54,196 nt of DNA from positions 1 to 54,196 of the IMG/VR virus record IMGVR_UViG_3300034407_002255; one strand, written 5' to 3'. The notes beneath the pieces were generated by a model. It saw only the letters and a program-made list of their open reading frames with translations. It searched no databases and was not told the origin of the DNA. Shown here one piece after another: positions 28,930-37,395 of the stretch (its first letter is position 1; each line of letters begins with the position of its first letter). This DNA comes from a virus. Its lineage: Duplodnaviria > Caudoviricetes. Made by a program: the position numbers and the translations under genes.

Positions 28930-30247
28930 AGAATTTAAATTGTTGTGGGAAACACAAAAATCGAATCGTGTGAGTGATGAACTTGATCATTTAATTTTTG
29001 TTGTCGCATACCCAGATAATTTAGAATGGAGTTTCATAATTGAAAAGCAAACTCAAACAACTTGCTTGCAAACCTCTGGTGGTTCCACTGGTGCGGGAAC
29101 AGGACATAGACACGTTCTGTGTTATCAAAGTGAAGTTAACGATGTTCTAAGAGAGTGTGAGCAGACACACGCAATGATTACTTGTGTCGGGATGACATTT
29201 AATATGATTGTGCCGCAAACGTCTATAACTAGATTTTGTAACTGGGCTGAGACTGATGAATACTGTAGGGCACACATTATATCAAGGCCTAATAAAAAAG
29301 CATATCTACATCATCAACACATAGAGTTGAATCTTGTCAAATGGAAAGAGCATGGCGCTCCAGATATATTTGAAAGATGGGAGAATTATGAAAGGTCACC
29401 AGAAAATTTTCATGATGATTATACCCCGCCATGGATTAAGGTTGACGAATTACCTTTGATTAAAAATTTTACTGAACAAGAAAGAAACATAAAAGGGTTC
29501 GCCTATCATATGGAGAATAGAACAGAAATTCAAGATCAGAACTGGAGAAAGATGGCCCATAAATCTTTTGGGTGGAGAGATCGTATCGACCAAAGTGATA
29601 GATATTTTGAGTTGCTTATGAATAGGATGACTGAAAAATTCTACGCAGAAAATACGGAGAACTTGGGTAAAATACCAGACGGAAAGTTTGACTTAATCTT
29701 TACTCCTACTGCTGGTTATAGTGGAGAGGTTTTTGCAGATAGATTAGATTTTGATGGTGACGTTGTATTTTATGATTACTGTGAGGAGAACATAGAAATA
29801 AAACAAAATATCGTTGAGATGAATATGAGTTTTGAAGAGCTTGAAATATATTCTAGATTTAGTGATCATGATATTGTGTTTACATCCAATATACCAAGAC
29901 ACTATGTTGTATCTGAAAAATTAAAAAAAAGAGTGGAGACATTTGGTAGCTTTGAGGAATGCAGAAAACTACAAAAAAATATGGTAGAAAATTATAATAT
30001 AGAATATTGGATCATGGATATAATTAATCCAGACTATGGAAAGATAATTAATAAAATCAAAGGTAAAAGAGTTTTCTTTGATCTAAGTAATATTTTTAGC
30101 TATCACACTAGTCATGTTTGTTATACCTTAACAGAGTTGGTTGAGAGTTTAGATTGTCTGATTGAAACATTAAGTAACAACACAGAATATTTTTTCATTA
30201 GAGGTAAAAAACCCACTAAACAGAGTATGCCGAATGAGAAAAAGTGA
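28916..30247 (+). CDS. Hypothetical protein, possibly a modification enzyme
   Basis: ATG 28916 after GGGAG; C-terminal VVFYDY and FFDLSNIFSY suggest a Rossmann-like domain (weak). Confidence 0.7.
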   Translation: MKNFEEFKLLWETQKSNRVSDELDHLIFVVAYPDNLEWSFIIEKQTQTTCLQTSGGSTGAGTGHRHVLCYQSEVNDVLRECEQTHAMITCVGMTFNMIVPQTSITRFCNWAETDEYCRAHIISRPNKKAYLHHQHIELNLVKWKEHGAPDIFERWENYERSPENFHDDYTPPWIKVDELPLIKNFTEQERNIKGFAYHMENRTEIQDQNWRKMAHKSFGWRDRIDQSDRYFELLMNRMTEKFYAENTENLGKIPDGKFDLIFTPTAGYSGEVFADRLDFDGDVVFYDYCEENIEIKQNIVEMNMSFEELEIYSRFSDHDIVFTSNIPRHYVVSEKLKKRVETFGSFEECRKLQKNMVENYNIEYWIMDIINPDYGKIINKIKGKRVFFDLSNIFSYHTSHVCYTLTELVESLDCLIETLSNNTEYFFIRGKKPTKQSMPNEKK

Positions 30248-31058
30248 TTGTACATTTACAAGACTAAATGAAGAATATAATGCTTTTGATTTTTATGAAG
30301 AGAAGTTAGAGGATAACTTTTTGGAATTTACGTTGGAAGAACTTGGTATGCCTTCAGCTGAGGAGTTATATGATAAAACACTAAAGATTACAGATGAGAT
30401 TGGTGGAATAAGAGGTTGGAGAAAGGTTGATCTTGAGTCAGAAAAATATAGAGGGTTTAGTATTTGTATAAATGAAAAGGGGGATGACTATCTACAAAGT
30501 CCGTATGCCAGTCTTGGCCATCCAGAATTAAATTGGACATATTCAAGAATGAATAATCCTAATCCGCCTTGGGAAACAGACAAAGATACTTACTATGATA
30601 CATACGGTTTGTCTACGGTTCACCCGATAGTTAAAAAACATTATGATACATTTTTAGAGTGTGTTGACCTACCGCCCACGAGGTCAAGAGTGATGTGGGA
30701 GTATCCTAGACACGAGCAGGGGTGGCATGTAGATGAAGTGTTGTGGTGTGCCATAAGATTTAATATACCATTAGTTACTGAGCCTTCATATGTTTTAGAG
30801 ATTGATGGTACAGACGAATATGATAATTCTTTAACATTAACTAAACATCTAGAGGTTGGTAAGGTTTACATGTGGAATACAAGAATAAAACATAGAGTTA
30901 GAGATATGGGTGGAGCAAAGAAACCAAGAGTTCACATTGTGGCGGCGTTCATACCTTGGTTTGAGAAAGATAACAATGATTGGAAACCAAATAAATATTT
31001 TGGTATACAACCTTTAGATATGATAAAATCAAAAATGATTTTTCCTTATGCGCCATGA
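30234..31058 (+). CDS. Asp/Asn beta-hydroxylase-like 2OG-Fe(II) oxygenase
   Basis: RSRV...WHVD...IRFNIPLVT...HLEVGKVYMWNTRIKHRV...RVHIV. Confidence 0.75.
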   Translation: MRKSDCTFTRLNEEYNAFDFYEEKLEDNFLEFTLEELGMPSAEELYDKTLKITDEIGGIRGWRKVDLESEKYRGFSICINEKGDDYLQSPYASLGHPELNWTYSRMNNPNPPWETDKDTYYDTYGLSTVHPIVKKHYDTFLECVDLPPTRSRVMWEYPRHEQGWHVDEVLWCAIRFNIPLVTEPSYVLEIDGTDEYDNSLTLTKHLEVGKVYMWNTRIKHRVRDMGGAKKPRVHIVAAFIPWFEKDNNDWKPNKYFGIQPLDMIKSKMIFPYAP

Positions 31059-31756
31059 AAATATTTGCAGTCAGAATAGGAGAGAAGTACGGTCCAGAAT
31101 ACGAAACGTATTTAGAGAAAAAACTTTCTAAATATGAGATTGTGTGGATAAGAGAGCCATATGACTCTAGGGTTGAATTGCAATGGAATAAGATGTGGGC
31201 AATGCAACAAGACATTGATGAACCTATTTGTGTGATGGATATTGATGTTTTATTAGTTAACGATTATGAAAAGATATTTGAATATCCTGTTGAACGTGGA
31301 CAATTTGTTGCAATGCCTGGATGGTGGAGAGATACAAAAAAAGAAGGATACAAGATTAACGGTGGATTTTTTAAATATTATCCAAAAGATTGTAAATATA
31401 TCTATGAAAAATTTATGTCTGATGTTCATGGGTGGCAAAGATATTATATCGACAACGGGACAACAAATGGTCCAGTAAACGGTGAACAATATTTTGTTGA
31501 AGATTCTGTGAACGAAAGACTTGAGCTAATAACGTTACCTGATGCGTGGTTTACTCGTTGGGTCACTGGAACTGACATAAATTATGGAAAGAGCATGTTT
31601 AGATGGAATGTTCAATTGACAAGAAAATATAGAAACCTTACTGGTAATGAATATGTTTGTTTGGGTGATGAGTTTCATCCAGATATAAAATTCGTTCATT
31701 TTACTCATAGAATGAATAAACCTCATGAGTGGGAGCATTATGCAGATAACGTTTGA
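31055..31756 (+). CDS. GT-A fold glycosyltransferase-like protein
   Basis: VRIGEKYGPEYE, WNKM, MDIDVLL (DxD), INGGFF, GEQYFV, FVHF. Confidence 0.8.
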   Translation: MKIFAVRIGEKYGPEYETYLEKKLSKYEIVWIREPYDSRVELQWNKMWAMQQDIDEPICVMDIDVLLVNDYEKIFEYPVERGQFVAMPGWWRDTKKEGYKINGGFFKYYPKDCKYIYEKFMSDVHGWQRYYIDNGTTNGPVNGEQYFVEDSVNERLELITLPDAWFTRWVTGTDINYGKSMFRWNVQLTRKYRNLTGNEYVCLGDEFHPDIKFVHFTHRMNKPHEWEHYADNV

Positions 31757-32231
31757 TTTTGTAGAGGAAATAAATTTCGAGGAAATCAAAGAGGTCTGGG
31801 AAAAAGAACTGTGGCCTAATAAAAAGAATGGGGTCGCAAAGGCAAATGAGTGGACATGGCATTGGTTACAAAAAGAACTTGGTAAAGATAAACAAATGGC
31901 AAAGGATGCAGAGCCTACGTTTGTTGGTATTAGGTCTAATAAAGAATTAGTTGCCGTAAATAGTTGTTACTATAGTAACTCAAAAGGTATATTTAATTAC
32001 TGGAGATCAAGAGGATTGTGGGTTCACCCAAATTTTAGGGGTCAGAAATATTCTTCAATTATACTAAATTGGTGTTTAAAGTATGCAAAACTTAAAGGTG
32101 GCAACTGGATGTGGACTGTTCCTAGACAAAGTGCAATGCCTGCATATAAAAGTGTAGGGTTTGTTCAAGAGACAAATTGGTTTGATGATGGACAGTTTGG
32201 TCCTAACTGTATCGCATCCAAATACTTATAA
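31740..32231 (+). CDS. GNAT family N-acetyltransferase
   Basis: RSRGLWVHPNFRGQKYS (motif A), AMPAYKSVGF; ATG 31740 after GGGAG. Confidence 0.85.
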   Translation: MQITFDFVEEINFEEIKEVWEKELWPNKKNGVAKANEWTWHWLQKELGKDKQMAKDAEPTFVGIRSNKELVAVNSCYYSNSKGIFNYWRSRGLWVHPNFRGQKYSSIILNWCLKYAKLKGGNWMWTVPRQSAMPAYKSVGFVQETNWFDDGQFGPNCIASKYL

Positions 32232-32234
32232 ATA
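32227..32234 (+). promoter_or_regulatory. T4-type late promoter TATAAATA
   Basis: Exact consensus upstream of gp13. Confidence 0.85.
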
Positions 32235-32254
32235 GAGTATAAAGGAGTGATAAC

Positions 32255-33070
32255 ATGGCTGTTCCCTCAACAAAGGCAACTCTGAAGTCATATTGTCTTA
32301 GAGCATTGGGTAGTGGGGTTATCGACATAAACGTGTCAGATGACCAAATTGACGATAGACTTGACGAGGCCCTTCAATACTTTGCAGAATATCATTATGA
32401 TGGTGTGGAAAGAATGTATCTTAAACACAAGATCACATCTGATGATATCAGTAGAGCAACAACTGATGCATCAGAAGTTGCCACAGATACCGCTGATAAT
32501 TCTGTTACTGCGACTTGGTTAGAGGGCAAAGGTTTTATCCCCGTGCCTGAAGCTGTAATCTCAGTGGTGAGTGTTTTTCCTTTTACAGACAGCACAACAG
32601 CAAATATGTTTGATCTAAGGTATCAACTACGGTTGAATGACTTGTATGATTTTTCATCTACTTCTATTATGGAATACCAGATGACGCTTCAACATCTTGA
32701 CTTTTTAGAACATATTCTTGTTGGTGAGGTTCCAATTCGTTTTAGTCAACACCAACAGAGACTCTATCTGGATATGGATTGGAATAATGATATTAAAGTA
32801 GATGAATTCATAATTATTGAGTGTTATAGAAAACTTGATCCAGCAACATTCACAGATGTCTTCAACGACATGTACTTAAAAAGATATGCTACTGCACTGA
32901 TAAAAAGACAGTGGGGTGCTAACCTTTCCAAATTCAACGGTGTATCTATGTTAGGTGGTGTTACCATGAATGGAGAAACAATTTATTCGCAGGCACAAGA
33001 GGAATTAGAAAAATTAGAAGAACAAATTCAACTCGCATTTGAGTTACCAGTAAATTATATGATAGGATAA
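32255..33070 (+). CDS. gp13: Neck protein gp13
   Basis: YCLRALG..VIDINVSDDQIDDR.DEALQYF..YHYDG, LKRYATALIKRQWG.NLSKF. Confidence 0.95.
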   Translation: MAVPSTKATLKSYCLRALGSGVIDINVSDDQIDDRLDEALQYFAEYHYDGVERMYLKHKITSDDISRATTDASEVATDTADNSVTATWLEGKGFIPVPEAVISVVSVFPFTDSTTANMFDLRYQLRLNDLYDFSSTSIMEYQMTLQHLDFLEHILVGEVPIRFSQHQQRLYLDMDWNNDIKVDEFIIIECYRKLDPATFTDVFNDMYLKRYATALIKRQWGANLSKFNGVSMLGGVTMNGETIYSQAQEELEKLEEQIQLAFELPVNYMIG

Positions 33071-33074
33071 CTCT

Positions 33075-34076
33075 ATGGCCGTCAATTCAATATTTCATAC
33101 CAGCAATAGAACTGCGATTGCTACAGAACAAAACTTATATAGGGATTTGGTTGCAGAGGCTATTCAAATATATGGTCATGACGTTCATTATGTTGACAGA
33201 ACTTTGACTGCTGAAGATACAGTTTTTGGTGAAGACGCTCTTTCTAAATTTAGAAACTCTGCAAAGATAGAGATGTACGTTGAAAATGCAGAGGGTGGGT
33301 ATCAGGGCGAAAGAGAACTCATGAATAAGTTTGGGTTGCAAGACCTAAGTGAGTTAACCTTTGTTGTTGCAAAACATAGATTTCAAGAATTAACAAAACA
33401 GTTTACCATCGAAGATGGCACAGATACAACTGGCGGTTCTATTCTGTTGGAGGAGGGAACTATAGATCAGAGTGGTAATGCAATCGTGTTTGAAGGGACA
33501 GATTTTTATCTTCTCAATGAAACTGATGCGACAGATTCAGATAGGCCTTTAGAGGGGGATTTAATTTTTCATCCTGTTCTCAAAAAACTATTTGAGGTTA
33601 ATTTTGTTGACCATGATGAACCGTTCCACCAATTAGACAATAATCCAGTATTTAAATTACAATGTCGCACATTTGATTATAGTTCTGAAGCACTTGATAC
33701 TGGCATCACTGATATTGATGCGATTGAAGATGCATTGTCTGTGGACACTATGTTCTTTCAGTTTACTTTGGAACAATCAAGTGCGGTCAATGAACAAATT
33801 AGAATACATGATACAGCCACCACTAGAGGTCTACTAAAAGATGAAACGGATAATGATAATATTATTGGTGAGGACGACTCAACTTCTGTTGGTGAAAGTC
33901 TACTTCTAGAGACAGGAGAGTTCTTGATACAAGAAGACTATATAGTTGGTACAGGTGGAGCAAACACAGGTAGTCTTGATAACACAGCTCAAAATGAGTT
34001 ATTTGATGATCTTGATGATGATGTGTTAGACTTCACAGAAAGTAATCCGTTTGGTGATGCAGGGAGTAAAGGTTAA
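33075..34076 (+). CDS. gp14: Neck protein gp14 with acidic insertions
   Basis: EQNL..DLV.EAIQIYG.DV.Y, IEMYVEN, KFGL, RPLEGDLIF, LFEV.FV.H..PF.QL, LDFTESNPFG. Confidence 0.92.
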   Translation: MAVNSIFHTSNRTAIATEQNLYRDLVAEAIQIYGHDVHYVDRTLTAEDTVFGEDALSKFRNSAKIEMYVENAEGGYQGERELMNKFGLQDLSELTFVVAKHRFQELTKQFTIEDGTDTTGGSILLEEGTIDQSGNAIVFEGTDFYLLNETDATDSDRPLEGDLIFHPVLKKLFEVNFVDHDEPFHQLDNNPVFKLQCRTFDYSSEALDTGITDIDAIEDALSVDTMFFQFTLEQSSAVNEQIRIHDTATTRGLLKDETDNDNIIGEDDSTSVGESLLLETGEFLIQEDYIVGTGGANTGSLDNTAQNELFDDLDDDVLDFTESNPFGDAGSKG

Positions 34077-34849
34077 TGTTAGGTCAGCAGTTCTACCACG
34101 AAACGACTCGAAAAGTTGTCGTTGCATTTGGTACATTATTTAACAATATACAATTAGTTCGTAAAGACAACGCTGGCGTTGTTACACAATCTATGAAAGT
34201 TCCTCTGGCATATGGGCCCAGACAAAAGTTTTTAGTTCGTTTGAGAGAAGACCCTGACTTAACAAAACAGGTTGCAATCACACTACCTCGTATTGGATTT
34301 GAAATAAATGGTTTGTCTTACGATCCTACAAGAAAACTAAACAGAGTTCAACAGTTTAAGAAAACCAAGTCAGGAAATTCAAGTAAACTTGACACACAAT
34401 ATATGCCCGTTCCGTATAACTTAGGTTTTGAGTTATATATTTTGGCAAAAAGTTCTGATGATGCCTTACAGATTGTAGAACAAATTTTACCATTCTTTCA
34501 GCCCGACTACACTTTGACTATTAATGATATGCCTGATATGAGCGTGAAACGAGATGTTCCTATCGTTCTGAATAGTATATCATACGAAGATGATTATGAG
34601 GGTGATTTTGCAACAAGAAGAGCAATCATATACACTTTAGATTTCACTGCGAAGTTCTATCTTTATGGTCCGGTCACAGGTCAAAGTATTATTAAAACGG
34701 TTCAAGTTGATCAGTTTACAGACTTACCAGATAAATCACCAAAAAGAGAACAAAGACTTGTGGTTTCACCAGACCCAACTACAGCTTCAGCTGATGATGA
34801 TTTTGGATTTAACGAAACAACCTCTTTCTTCCAAGATGCTGGAGAATAA
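34076..34849 (+). CDS. gp15: Tail sheath stabilizer / terminator gp15
   Basis: FYHET.RK.VVAFGTLFNNI, VPLAYGP.QKFL, LPRIGFE, PVPYNL.FEL, QIVEQILPFFQP. Confidence 0.95.
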   Translation: MLGQQFYHETTRKVVVAFGTLFNNIQLVRKDNAGVVTQSMKVPLAYGPRQKFLVRLREDPDLTKQVAITLPRIGFEINGLSYDPTRKLNRVQQFKKTKSGNSSKLDTQYMPVPYNLGFELYILAKSSDDALQIVEQILPFFQPDYTLTINDMPDMSVKRDVPIVLNSISYEDDYEGDFATRRAIIYTLDFTAKFYLYGPVTGQSIIKTVQVDQFTDLPDKSPKREQRLVVSPDPTTASADDDFGFNETTSFFQDAGE

Positions 34850-34864
34850 TAAAAGGAATATATT

Positions 34865-35302
34865 ATGAGTAAGGAAATTGATGAATCACTTGGTGTAATT
34901 GAAAATACATCAAAACATTCGTCCACGGCAAAAGTTGGAAACCCTAAACTAAACATTACGCAAGAGGTGATGTTACAGTCTCAAGAAGATTGGGGTGATG
35001 CGAATAAACATGTGGAGAGAGATTATGAATACCAGCGACAAAACTTCTACAATTTGGTCGAAAGAGGAACGGATGCAGTGGAAGGAATACTGGAGCTCGC
35101 CAAAGAATCGGACCATCCACGAGCATACGAGGTTGCCGGAAACCTCATCAAACAGGTGGCTGAAGTCACTGAAAAACTTGGTGACCTTCAAGAGAAAATG
35201 AGAAAACTAAAAGAGGTGCCAAACAACGCACCTAAGAATGTGACAAATGCATTGTTTGTAGGGAGTACGGCGGAATTGCAGAAGATGCTAAAGGAAAAAT
35301 AA
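34865..35302 (+). CDS. gp16: Terminase small subunit gp16
   Basis: DYEYQR.N.Y.LVE.G, HPRAYEVA..LIK, NALFVGSTAELQK. Confidence 0.93.
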   Translation: MSKEIDESLGVIENTSKHSSTAKVGNPKLNITQEVMLQSQEDWGDANKHVERDYEYQRQNFYNLVERGTDAVEGILELAKESDHPRAYEVAGNLIKQVAEVTEKLGDLQEKMRKLKEVPNNAPKNVTNALFVGSTAELQKMLKEK

Positions 35303-35303
35303 C

Positions 35304-36314
35304 TTGTATGATTATGATGGGAATTTTATTCTGCATTTTGAATTGACAAATAAATGTAATGCTAGATGTATTCTCTGTAAAAGAACTGTTCTAGATAATG
35401 ACACTCCCATACAAGACCCAAATTTAAATTTGTCTGAAATAACTCTTGACAACTATAAAAAAATATTTTATAATAATAAAAATAATATTATAAAAATACT
35501 ACTGTGTGGTAATTTGGGCGATCCTATAATCGCAAAAGACATATTTGAAATCACAGAATATTCATTATCATCAGTCTTAAATAAAACACAAGGTAAATTT
35601 GATGTAAGAACAAATGGTTCTTTAAGAACAAAAGAATGGTGGAGTGAGTATGGTAAATTATGTAAAGGTGTTGAGCCTGGTGTGGTTTTTGGTATAGATG
35701 GTCTGAAAGACACAAGTCATATTTACAGGGTGAATACATCATTTGAAAAAGTGATAGAAAATGCTGCAGCATTCATAGATCAAGGTGGTGTTGCAATATG
35801 GCAGTTCATTGTGTTTAAACACAATGTTCACCAATTAGAAGATGCAAAAGAACTTGCACGAAAGATGGGATTTCATAGTTTTTTATCATTTAATAATACC
35901 AGAGAAGAAAAAATAAATTATGTCTGGAAGGGAAAAAACTACACTCTAGAAAATTTTGATACTAATTCAACTAAACCACATGGGCCGGGGAAAATTCACT
36001 GTCTTGCTCATAAAAATAATATGATTTATATTGACTCTTTTGGAAGCGTCTTTCCCTGTTGTTGGGTTCCCTCTGATTTAGATCATGATATTACGATGAA
36101 TTCTTTTATTGAAGAAAAAGCTTGGGATAAAGATTTTATAAAAATTTTACAAAATGATTGGTTCTCACAAATTTTACCTATGAGTTTTGAAAGTTTTCCT
36201 ATACCCATGTGTAAACAAGTCTGTAGTAAAAAGTCAACTGAGGGCGCTAATAAATCTAAAGAGAGGGTAGTTGAGATGGGTGGTCTTGGTAGCAGAGAAT
36301 ACATTAAATTATGA
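35304..36314 (+). CDS. Radical SAM protein with SPASM/twitch domain
   Basis: CNARCILC, CGNLGDP, TNGS, FGIDGL; C-terminal C..IYID..G.VFPCCW..CKQVC; TTG start. Confidence 0.88.
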   Translation: MYDYDGNFILHFELTNKCNARCILCKRTVLDNDTPIQDPNLNLSEITLDNYKKIFYNNKNNIIKILLCGNLGDPIIAKDIFEITEYSLSSVLNKTQGKFDVRTNGSLRTKEWWSEYGKLCKGVEPGVVFGIDGLKDTSHIYRVNTSFEKVIENAAAFIDQGGVAIWQFIVFKHNVHQLEDAKELARKMGFHSFLSFNNTREEKINYVWKGKNYTLENFDTNSTKPHGPGKIHCLAHKNNMIYIDSFGSVFPCCWVPSDLDHDITMNSFIEEKAWDKDFIKILQNDWFSQILPMSFESFPIPMCKQVCSKKSTEGANKSKERVVEMGGLGSREYIKL

Positions 36315-36326
36315 AGGAAAATTTAA

Positions 36327-37391
36327 ATGAAGGTTAAATATTATAGGCCGGATATTTTTAAAATTGATGATCTAAAAATTAATCCCCTTATTGAAGGGCC
36401 ATCCCGATTAGTTGAAGCATATATGGGGGTGGATAGAACAAATATGTTTAATCCATTTAATATGGTGTATGATCCTATCCCGTCAGCTGGAGATTTCAAT
36501 AAAAATTGGGAAGAGTGTTGTATGGATACAGCATGTGACCTATGGAGTATAGGCAAACCCATAGAGTTGTTTTGGAGTGGTGGTATTGATAGCAGTGGAG
36601 CCTTAATAGCATTACAAGAAACCAAGACTAATTCTGATATATTAAACATTCGATACACAGAAGACTCAATAAAAGAGTTTCCTTTAATGTGGGAGAAATT
36701 AGTCAAGGGAAGAAGTGATCCTTTACCTCATCGTGAGATATTGGATGAGGACTTGTTTAATAATGATGATATTATAAAAGTAACCGGAGAGTGCGGGGAT
36801 CAGTGTTTTGGTAGTGACGCTCTTCATAAAAATTTAGATAAACATGCTGACAACTGGGAGACTGTCCTAACATGGCCTGATATGAAACAACATAGTAGAG
36901 AACAGTTGGCAAAAGTTTTATTCGATCAGATTGACACTGCTCCCATAGACGTAGTAACAGTATTTGATTTGTTTTGGTGGTGTAACTTTTGTTTCAAGTG
37001 GCAGGATGTCGATAGTAGGATGATTTTTACATATACGACAACGCCAAACTGGAACTCTACATTAAGTTTTTTCAACACCGCTGACTTTCAAAGATGGTCT
37101 ATAGTCAACCATGATATCAAACATGGTGGAACTTGGGAGACATATAAACAACCAGCTAAAGAGTACATAAACAAGTATGTTAAGGATGAGACTTATAGAA
37201 AAGATAAGACGAAAGAGCCGTCTTTACTTAAAGTCCTAAAGGGATCAACCGATGAAAAGTATGATTATGCATTTAGGACAAAAAGAAGAAATAATCCACA
37301 ATCAATTAAATTGGTTTTAGATGATGGGCAATTTTGGAGAAGAAATGAGAAGGTGCCTGATGAGGTGTATGAAACTTGTTTAACTAAATAG
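36327..37391 (+). CDS. PP-loop ATP pyrophosphatase, asparagine synthetase C-domain-like
   Basis: LFWSGGIDSS and KVTGECGDQCFG (cf. SGEGADELFG); no glutaminase domain. Confidence 0.75.
   Translation: MKVKYYRPDIFKIDDLKINPLIEGPSRLVEAYMGVDRTNMFNPFNMVYDPIPSAGDFNKNWEECCMDTACDLWSIGKPIELFWSGGIDSSGALIALQETKTNSDILNIRYTEDSIKEFPLMWEKLVKGRSDPLPHREILDEDLFNNDDIIKVTGECGDQCFGSDALHKNLDKHADNWETVLTWPDMKQHSREQLAKVLFDQIDTAPIDVVTVFDLFWWCNFCFKWQDVDSRMIFTYTTTPNWNSTLSFFNTADFQRWSIVNHDIKHGGTWETYKQPAKEYINKYVKDETYRKDKTKEPSLLKVLKGSTDEKYDYAFRTKRRNNPQSIKLVLDDGQFWRRNEKVPDEVYETCLTK
37383..37390 (+). promoter_or_regulatory. Late promoter variant ACTAAATA
   Basis: Immediately upstream of gp17 start. Confidence 0.5.
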
Positions 37392-37395
37392 TATC

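Noticed and set aside
24258-32231. Classical RiPP cluster with short precursor peptide
   Set aside because: No small precursor ORF, peptidase or transporter visible; genes are contiguous
35304-37391. QueE/QueC 7-deazaguanine DNA modification pair
   Set aside because: PP-loop protein lacks the QueC C-terminal Cys Zn motif, the rSAM has a SPASM/twitch tail unlike QueE, and no folE/queD/dpdA is in the window
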